Shown: positions 38,510-48,886 of the stretch, piece by piece
How positions within the stretch are numbered: position 1 is the first letter of the stretch
Layout: each line of letters opens with the position of its first letter
NCBI GenBank assembly: GCA_963675245.1
Contig: OY775910.1
Location: 1,504,001 to 1,568,000 of the forward strand
Source of the DNA: Acholeplasmataceae bacterium
GTDB lineage: Bacteria; Bacillota_I; Bacilli_A; Acholeplasmatales; Acholeplasmataceae
Direction of reading: 5' to 3'
DNA: 64,000 nt
Program-made: the position numbers and the translations under genes
The notes under the pieces: model-generated
The model's database searches: none
What the model saw: only the letters and a program-made list of their open reading frames with translations
Told to the model about the DNA's origin: nothing

Positions 38510-40250
38510 TATTGAAATTAATGGTAAACCTTATATTGCTCATGAAAATGAAACAATTTTAGACGTTTCACAACGTCATAATGTCTACATCCCCAGATTA
38601 TGTTTCTTAAAAAATATTCATGAAGAAGGTAATTGTAGAATATGTTCTATTAAAGTTGAAGGACAAAATAATTTAAAACCTGCATGTCGTACTGTCGTAC
38701 AAGAAGGTATGAAAATAATCACGAGTGATCAAGATATATATGATTATGTATCCATGAATTTAGAATTACTTGCAAAAAAACACCATTTTGAGTGTTTCAA
38801 GTGTTCCAGAGAAGATAATTGTGAATTTCTTGATCTACTTAGAAGATATTCAGTCGAGAATGAATTCTCTCATTTATATGGTTTTAATCCAGAAGATTAT
38901 TACTACACTGATTCTTCTGGTGTCATGGTAATTGATAGTAGTAAGTGTATTTTGTGTGGCCGTTGTGTATCTGCATGTGAAAAGCAATCAGGTTTAGGCG
39001 TTATCAGTTTTAACGAACGGGGATCAAATACATATGTAGGTCCAGCACAATTCCATGAATTAGAAGATGCTGGTTGTATCTATTGTGGTAAATGTATTCA
39101 AGCATGTCCAACTGGCGCTTTACGTGAAAAAGATGATATTAAACATGTAGAACGCGCTTTAAGAGATCCACAAAAGAAAGTCGTCGTACAGGTAGCTCCT
39201 TCTGTTCGCGCCGCATTAGGTGAATCTTTTGGTATGCCCATTGGTACAAACGTTGAAGGTCAAATGTTTGAAGCTTTAAAACGTATGGGATTTGATGAAA
39301 TTATGGATACCAACTTTACTGCCGATTTAACGATTATGGAAGAAGGTACAGAATTCCTTAATCGTTTAAATCATAATGGTGTCCTTCCTTTATTTACATC
39401 ATGTTCTCCAGGATGGGTTAACTATCTAGAGCTTTACTATCCAGAATTTATTCCAAATGTCTCTTCATGTAAGTCACCCCAGCAAATGGCAGGTGCATTA
39501 ATCAAAACATATTATGCTAAAAAGATGAACTTAGATCCTAAAGATATCGTATCTGTCTCAATTATGCCATGTATCGCTAAAAAAGCTGAAGCGAGAAGAG
39601 AAGATATGGGTAGAGATGGTTATCAAGATGTTGACTATGTTTTAACGACACGTGAGTTCTCAAGAATGATAAAACGACATGATCTTGATTTAAAAACATT
39701 AAATTCATCAAAACCATTTGGCATGCTTGCAGAGTACACTGGTGCTGGTGCAATCTTTGGCGCGACCGGTGGTGTAATGGAAGCTGCGCTTAGAACACTC
39801 AGTGAAATAATTGAAGAAAAACCAACACCTATTGATTTTAAAGAAGTTCGTGGACATGCAGATATTAAAGAAGCTTCATACATTCTAAATGGTAAACATA
39901 TCAACGTAGCTGTTGTTCATGGTGGTGTAGCGATTAAAATGTTTTTAGAATCATTGAAAGACTCATCTAAACAATATCATTTTGTCGAATTTATGGGATG
40001 TACTGGTGGTTGTATTAATGGTGGGGGTCAACCAATTGTTCCAGCAAAAATTCAGGAAAAATATGATGTTCGTACACTAAGAGCAAAAGTCTTATATGAT
40101 ATTGATCAACAACAAACGCTAAGAAAATCACATGAAAACCCGTTTGTTAAAGCACTTTATGAAGAATTTTTAGAAAAACCTAACAGTCATAAAGCGCATG
40201 AATTACTGCATACATCTTATGCTAAACGCGAACCGTATGAAAATATTTAG
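38493..40250 (+). CDS. hydA: [FeFe]-hydrogenase catalytic subunit, group A
   Basis: H-cluster motifs TSCSPGW, MPCIAKKAE, EFMGCTGGCINGGGQ; N-terminal 2Fe-2S, His-ligated 4Fe-4S (HHFECFKC...C) and 2x4Fe-4S; C-terminal SHENP/HELLHT. Confidence 0.95.
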   Translation: MNKQINIEINGKPYIAHENETILDVSQRHNVYIPRLCFLKNIHEEGNCRICSIKVEGQNNLKPACRTVVQEGMKIITSDQDIYDYVSMNLELLAKKHHFECFKCSREDNCEFLDLLRRYSVENEFSHLYGFNPEDYYYTDSSGVMVIDSSKCILCGRCVSACEKQSGLGVISFNERGSNTYVGPAQFHELEDAGCIYCGKCIQACPTGALREKDDIKHVERALRDPQKKVVVQVAPSVRAALGESFGMPIGTNVEGQMFEALKRMGFDEIMDTNFTADLTIMEEGTEFLNRLNHNGVLPLFTSCSPGWVNYLELYYPEFIPNVSSCKSPQQMAGALIKTYYAKKMNLDPKDIVSVSIMPCIAKKAEARREDMGRDGYQDVDYVLTTREFSRMIKRHDLDLKTLNSSKPFGMLAEYTGAGAIFGATGGVMEAALRTLSEIIEEKPTPIDFKEVRGHADIKEASYILNGKHINVAVVHGGVAIKMFLESLKDSSKQYHFVEFMGCTGGCINGGGQPIVPAKIQEKYDVRTLRAKVLYDIDQQQTLRKSHENPFVKALYEEFLEKPNSHKAHELLHTSYAKREPYENI

Positions 40251-41142
40251 GAAATTTTTTCTGCTATCGCTATCCATATTGAGTATCATCGGTTTAACAG
40301 CTTGTAAGGAACAAATCACTCTTAAAGTGATTGTTCCTTATGGTAGTCCGTCATATGCAACACTTTATCTAAATGAGATGCGCGCTTATGATGTTGATAC
40401 TATTATTGGTGCTGATCCGTTAGTCGCAGCATTTGGTTCTGATCAATATGATGCGATTATTGCACCTACAAATCTAGGTGCTAAGTTTTATCAATCCTCA
40501 AAAGATTATCAACTAGCGGCATCCATTGTTTGGGGTAATTATTATTTAATTAGTGCTCAGGCGATCGATATCGAGAATTTAGATGATGAAACTATTTATA
40601 CATTTGGTCAAAATCAAACTCCTGACATTGTTTTAAAATATATAATGTCAGAATTACATATCTCACCTAATTATGTATACCTTTCTTCCAGTTTAGAAAT
40701 TAGTACTCAAGTGGTATTAGAACCAAATTATATTTATATGATTGCAGAACCTGATTTTAGTCAATTATCTGAGGAATTAGGATTTTTGTATTATATTAGT
40801 ATTCAAAATTATTATAAGGAAGTTACTGGTCAAGATATGTATCCACAAGCAAGTTTATTTGTAAAAAGTTCACTTAATGATGATGTCATCAATCAACTCA
40901 AAGCAGACTTAGAGGCATCAATCATTTCAATACATAATCATGATCAGATTGATAATACTGCACGATTATTATCATCAAATATGTCGACATTTTATTTGGA
41001 ACAATCAATTGAAAGATCCAATCTATCTTATCAATCGGCTAATGACGCTAAACCAGCCATAGAAGCATATTTTAATATCATTTTAGAAACTAATCCAGTT
41101 CTAATTGGTAATTGTTTACCGGAAAGTGATTTTTACAGGTAA
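40237..41142 (+). CDS. ABC substrate-binding lipoprotein (SsuA/NitT-TauT-like)
   Basis: Lipobox LTAC; DAIIAPTNLGAK, WG.YY, GQNQTPD, AEP, YPQA. Start at 40237 overlaps the hydA stop. Confidence 0.75.
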   Translation: MKIFRKFFLLSLSILSIIGLTACKEQITLKVIVPYGSPSYATLYLNEMRAYDVDTIIGADPLVAAFGSDQYDAIIAPTNLGAKFYQSSKDYQLAASIVWGNYYLISAQAIDIENLDDETIYTFGQNQTPDIVLKYIMSELHISPNYVYLSSSLEISTQVVLEPNYIYMIAEPDFSQLSEELGFLYYISIQNYYKEVTGQDMYPQASLFVKSSLNDDVINQLKADLEASIISIHNHDQIDNTARLLSSNMSTFYLEQSIERSNLSYQSANDAKPAIEAYFNIILETNPVLIGNCLPESDFYR

Positions 41143-41148
41143 CAATTC

Positions 41149-41874
41149 ATGAAAAAATTGGCTTATTTTATATCTCCTATATTGACGATTATCGCTGTCT
41201 GGTACCTACTCTATTTCATTATTGATGAACCTTTGTTGGTACCTACTTTTACTGATGTCTTAAAATCATTTGTTCATATATTCAGTCCTTCTTATATGAC
41301 AATTGTTTTAATGAGTGTATTACGACTAATTATAAGCTTTGTGATATCAGCTATACTCGGAATAAGCCTTGGTTTCATAAGCGCTAAATATCACTTATTT
41401 GAGGGATTTAATCGTCCTTTTATAACTATTTTACGTGTCATTCCAGTGCTCTCAATTATTGTTATTCTTTTTATTATTATTGGATCAACATTATCTCCTT
41501 ATGTGATTACATTCTTAATTTTATTCCCGTTATTTTATCAAGCAACCTTAGATGGAACCAAACAGATTGATCCTGCATTATTGGATGTTTTAAAACTCAA
41601 TGAAATGCATGTCAAAGAAAGTCTTAAATACGTTTATATACCATCGTTATCAGACGCTTTATTTGTTACTGTTTTTCAATCCCTAGGATTAGGCATTAAA
41701 GTGCTCGTGATGGCTGAATATTTGATGCAAGTTAATCATTCCATTGGAAAAGCAATTTATATGGCTCGAATTGAGTTAAACTATAGTATGGTTTACGCTT
41801 GGACGTTATTACTTATTTTATTGGCGGTCACTCTAGAAAGTATCGCCTTATTGATCAAAAAGAGACAAGCATAA
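41149..41874 (+). CDS. ABC permease (SsuC/TauC-like)
   Basis: S.LR, P....LRVIP, EAA-like loop, KVLVMAE, SIG. Confidence 0.85.
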   Translation: MKKLAYFISPILTIIAVWYLLYFIIDEPLLVPTFTDVLKSFVHIFSPSYMTIVLMSVLRLIISFVISAILGISLGFISAKYHLFEGFNRPFITILRVIPVLSIIVILFIIIGSTLSPYVITFLILFPLFYQATLDGTKQIDPALLDVLKLNEMHVKESLKYVYIPSLSDALFVTVFQSLGLGIKVLVMAEYLMQVNHSIGKAIYMARIELNYSMVYAWTLLLILLAVTLESIALLIKKRQA

Positions 41875-41898
41875 AAAAAATAGGGTTTGCACCCTATT
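41873..41898. terminator. terminator between the convergent ABC permease and obg
   Basis: A8 then AATAGGGT-TTGC-ACCCTATT. Confidence 0.65.
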
Positions 41899-43135
41899 CT
41901 ATAAATTCAAATTCAAAATCAAATATTTTAACGCGATCACCATTAACAGCTCCTGCTTCTCTTAATGCTTGATCTACACCAAGTGAGCGAAGTTGTCTTG
42001 CAAATCGTTTTACAGCATCTTCGTTTGTAAAGTTTACACGATCAAAGATAGTACGTAGTTTTTCACCTTCAAGAATAAACGTATCTTCATCTTTTGACAA
42101 TACAAAAGCTGGTGTTTCTTCAAACTTATAAACTTTTTCAATCTGTTCTTCTTCAATAATAGGTGCTTCCTTTAATTGTTCTTTAATGGCGTAAAGAAGC
42201 GTTTGAACATTGCTTTTATTCAATGCAGAAATACCAATAATTGTTGGTATTTTTTTCTTTAATGAGGCTAGTTTTTCTTCACTGTCTGGCATATCTATTT
42301 TATTGGCAACTATAATTTCTGGTCGAGATAATAATTTTTCATCATACATCTCTAATTCATGTCTGATTTTTTGATAATCGAGAAATGGATCGTCATGTGT
42401 AAGATCAACGATATGGACAAAAACACGACATCTTTCGATGTGTTTTAAAAAACGAATACCTAATCCATGACCTTGGTGTGCATCTTCAACGAGTCCAGGT
42501 AAATCAGCTAAAACAAATGATTGATCATCAATATCAACCATTCCTAGATGTGGTGTCAACGTTGTAAATGGATAAGCTGCTACCTTAGGTCTCGCATTTG
42601 ATACAACCGAAATAAGTGTCGATTTACCAACAGATGGATAGCCAATTAGGCCGACATCTGCTAGTACTTTTAGTTCTACACGAATTCTGAATTGTTCACC
42701 TTTATCACCATTTTCAGCAAACTTTGGTGCGGGATTTTTATGCGTCGCAAAAGCCATATTACCCCTGCCTCCCTTGCCACCTTTAGCAATAATGATTTCT
42801 TCATCATGATGCGTGACTTCACCAATTAATCTTGACTTATCTTCTGTATAAACAATCGTCCCCAAAGGTACTCTAACATACGTGTTTTCAGCATTTGCAC
42901 CATGCATACCTTTAGATTTACCACTAACACCGTTAGCAGCTTTAATATGACGGTTATAATGAAGTTTCGATAATGTGTGCATCCCTTCATCACCAACAAA
43001 AACAACGGATCCACCGTTTCCGCCATTACCGCCCCATGGGCCGCCATATTCCACATATTTTTCACGACGGAAAGAAGCCATACCGTTTCCGCCTTTTCCA
43101 CCTGTTACTTCTACTACAACATCATCTATAAACAT
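41894..43135 (-). CDS. obgE: GTPase Obg
   Basis: Gly-rich Obg fold, GYPSVGKS, YPFTT, DLPG, NKID, C-terminal OCT domain. Confidence 0.97.
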   Translation of the reverse strand: MFIDDVVVEVTGGKGGNGMASFRREKYVEYGGPWGGNGGNGGSVVFVGDEGMHTLSKLHYNRHIKAANGVSGKSKGMHGANAENTYVRVPLGTIVYTEDKSRLIGEVTHHDEEIIIAKGGKGGRGNMAFATHKNPAPKFAENGDKGEQFRIRVELKVLADVGLIGYPSVGKSTLISVVSNARPKVAAYPFTTLTPHLGMVDIDDQSFVLADLPGLVEDAHQGHGLGIRFLKHIERCRVFVHIVDLTHDDPFLDYQKIRHELEMYDEKLLSRPEIIVANKIDMPDSEEKLASLKKKIPTIIGISALNKSNVQTLLYAIKEQLKEAPIIEEEQIEKVYKFEETPAFVLSKDEDTFILEGEKLRTIFDRVNFTNEDAVKRFARQLRSLGVDQALREAGAVNGDRVKIFDFEFEFIE

Positions 43136-43168
43136 TTAATCACCCCTGAAAAAAAAGGATAACGTTGG

Positions 43169-43447
43169 TTATCCTTCGTAAACGGAAACTTGTTTTCTCT
43201 TTTTGCCGACTCTTTCATACTTGACATAGCCGGTGATTTTAGCGAAGAGTGTATCATCGCCACCACGACCGACATTATTACCAGGATGAACTTTAGTACC
43301 GCGTTGACGGTAAATGATTGATCCGGCGCTGCAATATTGGCCATCTGATAGCTTTGAGCCTAGACGTTTAGATTCTGAGTCACGACCGTTACGGGTAGAA
43401 CCAACACCTTTTTTCGATGCGAATAGCTGGATATTAAGCTTAAGCAT
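43169..43447 (-). CDS. rpmA: 50S ribosomal protein L27 with Prp-cleaved N-terminal extension
   Basis: [24 protein letters not shown]. Confidence 0.97.
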   Translation of the reverse strand: MLKLNIQLFASKKGVGSTRNGRDSESKRLGSKLSDGQYCSAGSIIYRQRGTKVHPGNNVGRGGDDTLFAKITGYVKYERVGKKRKQVSVYEG

Positions 43448-43448
43448 A

Positions 43449-43766
43449 TTATCCCTCCTCCTTTTGGTTTTTCATATATTTTGGATATTCTTTTACTAAT
43501 TCATTGAAAGTGTATTCCAAATTTGCGAACAAACCATCCACGACTGAATCATGAGATACAATGTTTGCTTCAAAATACCCTTCCTTTACAACCAAGTTGA
43601 CCTTTTTGTCAACCTTTAAACATTCTAATGCATTCGCTGTCATGATGACTGCTGTTGATACAGCAGCGCAAACAATGTCCGCACCTTTTTTGGCAAATCC
43701 TGCATGCCCTGTTACTTTAACCGAATCAATTTGCCCATTGTTTTTTTTAAAAACTGAAGAAATCAT
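43449..43766 (-). CDS. prp: ribosomal-processing cysteine protease
   Basis: GHA...G.DIVCAAVS; located between rplU and rpmA. Confidence 0.93.
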   Translation of the reverse strand: MISSVFKKNNGQIDSVKVTGHAGFAKKGADIVCAAVSTAVIMTANALECLKVDKKVNLVVKEGYFEANIVSHDSVVDGLFANLEYTFNELVKEYPKYMKNQKEEG

Positions 43767-43768
43767 GG

Positions 43769-44077
43769 TTATGCTACGATTTGCTCAATGACAAGTTTTG
43801 TATAAGCTTGTCTGTGACCTTGCTTTTTACGGTATTTCTTACGGACTTTGTACTTGAAAACAATAATTTTCTTTGCACGTCCTTGTTTGATGACTTTCGC
43901 TACAACTTTCGCGCCTGGTACGACTGGTGTACCGATGAGCGTTTTTTCGCCACCGACCATAAGTACTTCATCAAAAGTGTATGTGTCGCCTGCTTCAACG
44001 TCTAATTTTTCTACGAAGATTTCTGAACCTTCTTCAACGCGAAACTGCTTACCGCCTGTCTTAATGACTGCATACAT
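43769..44077 (-). CDS. rplU: 50S ribosomal protein L21
   Basis: [11 protein letters not shown]...GHRQ.YT. Confidence 0.97.
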   Translation of the reverse strand: MYAVIKTGGKQFRVEEGSEIFVEKLDVEAGDTYTFDEVLMVGGEKTLIGTPVVPGAKVVAKVIKQGRAKKIIVFKYKVRKKYRKKQGHRQAYTKLVIEQIVA

Positions 44078-44106
44078 AAATGCTGTTACCTCCTTTTTTT
44101 ATTTGA

Positions 44107-44163
44107 AGACTCACTATTAAGGTAGCCAACATGGCATTTTTCACCTATTCTACGTGGTACAAC
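44107..44163 (-). promoter_or_regulatory. L21 leader
   Basis: GTACCACGTAG.ATAGGT...GCCA/TGGC...ACCT...GTGAGTCT upstream of rplU; promoter TTGACT (44198-44193), 17 nt, TAAAAT (44175-44170). Confidence 0.65.
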
Positions 44164-44260
44164 ATGAATATTTTAACGTAGTTAATATAAAAAGTCAATG
44201 AAAAAGTAGATGAAATACATTTATCTCTTCATTGACTTAATGTTTTATGCGATTAATTAA

Positions 44261-45028
44261 TTATTGTAATGCTGGTTTATTTTGATTTTGCTTAACTAAG
44301 TATAGTACAAAGACAACTCCAACAATGATAAACATAAAGAGAACTTGCCATTGTGATGGACTAAAGAATGGAAGGAATTCGCCTCTTTCATCACCACGGA
44401 AAAATTCAATAATGAAGCGGAATATAGCGTATGATCCACCATAAATAAATAAGTTATATTGCCACTTACCTTTGTTTAATAATACCAATAATACAACTGA
44501 TAAAATCAATAAGAAGAATGCTTCAATCGTTTGTGTTGGAATAACTTTTGTTGATGTCGTTACAAATTGGATGCCAATCCATGAATCTGTTGCCACGCCA
44601 TAACAACAACCAGCTGCAGTACATCCAATTCTACCAAAGAAATGAGCAACTGCTACAGAAGCCATAGCGATACTAACGGTTGGAAAAAAATGTTTTTTAA
44701 CATCAGCATTTCCAAATGCTCTTGCACCTATAATAAACGTCGCTGCACCACCAATTAATCCGCCCATGAATGTAATCCCTTGAACTTGATACGGTTCTCC
44801 TGTTTGAACGGCTTCAATATAATTATATAATTGTTGGAAACCAAATGCACATGCAAAGCCAATACCAATAGATACAAGGCTTAAAATAAGATAAAATCTA
44901 AAAACTTCGTAAGGAATCTTCAATCTTTTTGAGTAGCTATAAAGTACGAGTAATGCTGCAATAAGACCAATGAAAATCATTACATCATATGTGTGAAGCC
45001 ACTCTATACCAAATAAATATGGATACAT
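44261..45028 (-). CDS. lgt: prolipoprotein diacylglyceryl transferase
   Basis: GITFMGG, GRIGC..AGCCYG, PTQ..E, RF.IEFFRGD, SQW. Confidence 0.85.
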   Translation of the reverse strand: MYPYLFGIEWLHTYDVMIFIGLIAALLVLYSYSKRLKIPYEVFRFYLILSLVSIGIGFACAFGFQQLYNYIEAVQTGEPYQVQGITFMGGLIGGAATFIIGARAFGNADVKKHFFPTVSIAMASVAVAHFFGRIGCTAAGCCYGVATDSWIGIQFVTTSTKVIPTQTIEAFFLLILSVVLLVLLNKGKWQYNLFIYGGSYAIFRFIIEFFRGDERGEFLPFFSPSQWQVLFMFIIVGVVFVLYLVKQNQNKPALQ

Positions 45029-45104
45029 AAAAACACTCCTTTAAATGACATCTATATTATTATTATACACGATGAGATGTTATTTTGACCGGTGATGCAA
45101 ATCA

Positions 45105-46070
45105 TTACCTTGTTCCTTTTTCAAAAGGTATACCTTCAGCTTTAGGTGCATTCGACTTAGCTGAGGTAAATATAAGCACTACCAAAGTCGTTAAATATGG
45201 AAGAATTTGATAAAATGTTGTGTCAATATTCAAATTGTTTAGCCATGGAATAAGAATGACAGATGATCCTAACACATTCAAGAATGCAAATAAGAGTGCA
45301 CCAAATAATATTCTCATAGGCTTCCATTGCCCGAATATCATGACAGCTAATGCTAAGAATCCATATCCATTAACACCATCACGACCATTAATGTTAGCAT
45401 CCAAAACACCAATAGCATAGAAATAACCACCTATACCTGCAAGTAAACCTGAGATTGCAACACCCCAATAGCGCATTCTTGAGACTGATATGCCCACTGA
45501 ATCAGCTGCATGTGGATGTTCACCACATGATCTTAGTCGCAAACCAAACTTTGTTTTATATAAGACAATGCTTGCAATGATTAATATGGCGATACCTACA
45601 TACACTGTAAGATATGTATTTTGGAAGAATAAATCACCTAAAACAGGAATGTCTGCCAATAGAGGGACACGACGAATATAAAGTGAAATATTTGTCGTTA
45701 CACCATTTTCACCAAAATACATTCTTGAAAATAAGATAACCATTGCTGGTATAAACATATTGAGTGCAGTACCAGAAATAACCTGGTTTGATTTCATATT
45801 AACTGCTGAAAATGCAAGTAACATAGAATATAGGACTCCCGATGTACCTGCGATGATTAAACCAATAAGTAAAATGACTTGAACATTCATACCAGAACCT
45901 TGTACAAAGAAGACAAATAGTGCTGCAAAGAAACCACCAAATAACATAATACCTTCTAAAGCAATATTAACAACACCACTTCTTTCAGAGAACATACCAC
46001 CGAGTGCAACAACGAGTAATGCGACAGCAACAGGTAACATGTTTTGGACTAAATAATAAACAGTATCCAT
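45105..46070 (-). CDS. nucleoside ABC transporter permease (NupQ-like)
   Basis: FSERSGVVNIALEG, GLRLRSCGEHP.AA, GFLALA..IFGQWKP. Confidence 0.9.
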   Translation of the reverse strand: MDTVYYLVQNMLPVAVALLVVALGGMFSERSGVVNIALEGIMLFGGFFAALFVFFVQGSGMNVQVILLIGLIIAGTSGVLYSMLLAFSAVNMKSNQVISGTALNMFIPAMVILFSRMYFGENGVTTNISLYIRRVPLLADIPVLGDLFFQNTYLTVYVGIAILIIASIVLYKTKFGLRLRSCGEHPHAADSVGISVSRMRYWGVAISGLLAGIGGYFYAIGVLDANINGRDGVNGYGFLALAVMIFGQWKPMRILFGALLFAFLNVLGSSVILIPWLNNLNIDTTFYQILPYLTTLVVLIFTSAKSNAPKAEGIPFEKGTR

Positions 46071-47227
46071 TATGCCACCTCCCCTTCACTCGTAACTTCT
46101 GGTGTTTTAATGGCATCCTCAACCGGTTTTTTACGTCTGTTTTTAATAAAATTACCAATCACTTGATTAATGATTAATGCAAATGCCGAAAAGTAAATAA
46201 TAATCGCGATAACGACATCAATAATTTCCGGTTCATATCCGATAATTCTTGCTGCTGTACCACCACGTTGAATATAAGAAACAAAGAATGAAGAAAATAT
46301 AACACCAAATGGATTTGAGTTACCCAATAAAGCTACGGCAATCCCATTAAATCCAGCATCTGATATGACATTAATTGGTGTATACGTCATAGAACTACCC
46401 ACTAATAGAGAAGGTGCCAAAATCATTAAAGCCCCACCTAATCCAGCCAGTCCACCAGCGATACCCATCGTTAAAACAGTATTACGTTTATAATTGATAC
46501 CAGCATATTTACTTGCATCTTTTGAATAACCTGTTGCAATCAATTCATATCCAAACGTTGTTTTATACATGATTAATCCAATAATAATAGCAACAACAAT
46601 TGATATGATTAAGCCAATATTGACATTTGTACTTGATCCAAATGAAGCTAATTGTAATGCTTCAGGAATATATCTTGTACTTGAACGATCAGCCGAATAA
46701 AGTGCTGTATTATTTGTGATTAATGAATCAACTACAAACATACCAATGTAGTTTAACATGATGGATGTAATGACTTCATTCACATTTGAAAAAGCTTTTA
46801 AAACACCTGGAATAAGTCCCCACAACATACCACCTAGAATACCAGCAAGGATTGCTACAATCCAATGAATCGAACTTGGCAATGGCATCATGAAGACAAC
46901 AAATAGTGTGAAGAACATGCCCATTGTAAACTGTCCAGATGCACCAATGTTAAATAATCCCATTTTAAATGCAAATCCCACAGAAAGACCAGTCATTAAT
47001 ACTGGAACCATGAAGAATAAGACATCATCAAATCGACCAATACCACCAAATAGCAATGCACCAAAACCTCTAAATGATGCCTCTGGTTTAGAGATTATCA
47101 TGACAATAAAGCCAATTAGTAACCCTATACCAATCGCTAATAAGGTAGCTCTGAATTTTTTCATGCCATCTGATTGAAGGAAAAAGTGAAGGCGATCTTT
47201 AAATGAAAGTTCTTTTTGATTATTCAT
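46070..47227 (-). CDS. nucleoside ABC transporter permease (NupP-like)
   Basis: GLFNIGA.GQ, NEVITSIMLNY, GF.GIAVALLG; start moved to MNNQK. Confidence 0.9.
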   Translation of the reverse strand: MNNQKELSFKDRLHFFLQSDGMKKFRATLLAIGIGLLIGFIVMIISKPEASFRGFGALLFGGIGRFDDVLFFMVPVLMTGLSVGFAFKMGLFNIGASGQFTMGMFFTLFVVFMMPLPSSIHWIVAILAGILGGMLWGLIPGVLKAFSNVNEVITSIMLNYIGMFVVDSLITNNTALYSADRSSTRYIPEALQLASFGSSTNVNIGLIISIVVAIIIGLIMYKTTFGYELIATGYSKDASKYAGINYKRNTVLTMGIAGGLAGLGGALMILAPSLLVGSSMTYTPINVISDAGFNGIAVALLGNSNPFGVIFSSFFVSYIQRGGTAARIIGYEPEIIDVVIAIIIYFSAFALIINQVIGNFIKNRRKKPVEDAIKTPEVTSEGEVA

Positions 47228-48779
47228 GTTTGACCTCCATTGATTTATCCCTTTTTGCACCACTCATATATAAACCAAGTTCTTCAGGAGTTGTCTTTTT
47301 AGGATTTAATTCACCAGTAATTTCTCCTTCATACATAACAAGAATTCTATCTGATAAATCCATGACTTCGTCTAGTTCTAAGCTCATTAGAAGAACAGCT
47401 TTACCATCATCTCTAGCCTTAACAATTTGTTTATGTATAAATTCGATAGCCCCAACATCTAAGCCTCTTGTTGGTTGTACGCATATTAATAAATTACAAT
47501 TTTTCTCAATTTCTCTTGCGATAATTGCTTTTTGTTGATTACCACCACTCATACTTCTTGCGATAGTCACTGGACCTTGCCCACTTCTAACATCGTATTT
47601 CTCAATAAGTTCTTCACTATATTGACGCATAGCATTAGGTTGTAAAATACCATGTCTTTGGAATGGTTCTTGCCAATAAAGTTGCAAAATCAAATTTTTT
47701 TCAAGCGAATAATCAAGAACTAATCCATATTTTTGACGATCTTCAGGTACATGACTCATACCTAATTTAGATCTTTTTCTTATAGATTCTTTTACAATAT
47801 CATGTTCATTAAACATAATGGAACCATGCTTAATTTTATCTAATCCCGTAATTCCTTGAATGAGCTCAGATTGACCATTACCTTCGATCCCAGCTAAACA
47901 AACAATTTCCCCTTCTCTGACAGTAAAAGAAACATGCTTAACCGTATGCAAATCAGAAGTTGTTGATTTCATTGAAATATTCTTGACATCAAGGACAACC
48001 TTTCCAGGTTTAATATCTTTTTTGTCAATATTAAAATTAACGTTTCTACCAACCATCATTTTCGATAGTTCAGCTTTTGTCGTCTTTTTAACATCTACCG
48101 TACCGATGAGTTTCCCTTTGCGTAAAACTGTACATCGGTCAGCAACTGCTTTAATTTCGTTTAATTTATGTGTAATGAATAAAATTGATTTACCTTCCTT
48201 AGCAAAACCTTTCATAATATCCATTAAATCATCAATTTCTTGAGGGGTTAAAACAGCCGTAGGCTCATCAAAAATCAATATTTCGTTGTCCCGATATAAC
48301 ATTTTTAAGATTTCAACACGCTGTTGTTGACCAACAGTAATATTTTTAATCAATGCGTCTGGATCAACTTGCAATCCATATCTTTTAGATAAATCAACGA
48401 TTTTATCTCTTGCTTCTTTTTTCGTTAAGAAGCCATATTTATGCGGCTCATTGCCTAATATAATATTCTCTAAAACCGTAAATACCTCTACTAACATAAA
48501 ATGCTGATGAACCATCCCAATACCCAATTCATTAGCATCATTGGGATTGTTAATTTCAACTTTGACGCCATTTTTTCGAATTTCACCAGCTTCAGCCTGA
48601 TATATTCCAAAAAGGACACTCATTAGTGTCGATTTACCCGCACCATTTTCACCTAATAGTGCATGAATCTCACCCTTTTTTAATTGCAGAGAAATATCAT
48701 CATTAGCAACAATGCCTGGAAACTCTTTTCGGATATTTAACATCTCGATAACAAAATCTTCCAAATCTATCACCGCCAT
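47220..48779 (-). CDS. nucleoside/sugar ABC ATPase, two-domain (NupO-like)
   Basis: GENGAGKST, DEPTAVLTP, SGGNQQK, QPTRGLDVGA. Confidence 0.93.
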   Translation of the reverse strand: MAVIDLEDFVIEMLNIRKEFPGIVANDDISLQLKKGEIHALLGENGAGKSTLMSVLFGIYQAEAGEIRKNGVKVEINNPNDANELGIGMVHQHFMLVEVFTVLENIILGNEPHKYGFLTKKEARDKIVDLSKRYGLQVDPDALIKNITVGQQQRVEILKMLYRDNEILIFDEPTAVLTPQEIDDLMDIMKGFAKEGKSILFITHKLNEIKAVADRCTVLRKGKLIGTVDVKKTTKAELSKMMVGRNVNFNIDKKDIKPGKVVLDVKNISMKSTTSDLHTVKHVSFTVREGEIVCLAGIEGNGQSELIQGITGLDKIKHGSIMFNEHDIVKESIRKRSKLGMSHVPEDRQKYGLVLDYSLEKNLILQLYWQEPFQRHGILQPNAMRQYSEELIEKYDVRSGQGPVTIARSMSGGNQQKAIIAREIEKNCNLLICVQPTRGLDVGAIEFIHKQIVKARDDGKAVLLMSLELDEVMDLSDRILVMYEGEITGELNPKKTTPEELGLYMSGAKRDKSMEVKHE

Positions 48780-48836
48780 TTACATCTTTTGTTATAGTAT
48801 AGCATAAATTTAACAAGTTCTCGACCATCATATGAT

Positions 48837-48869
48837 AAAAAAAAAGAGGAGAAAATTTTTCTCCTCTTT
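48837..48869 (-). terminator. terminator after the BMP lipoprotein gene
   Basis: AAAGAGGAGAAA...TTTCTCCTCTTT hairpin with a flanking A-run. Confidence 0.75.
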
Positions 48870-48886
48870 CAAATATTATTGTTTAA

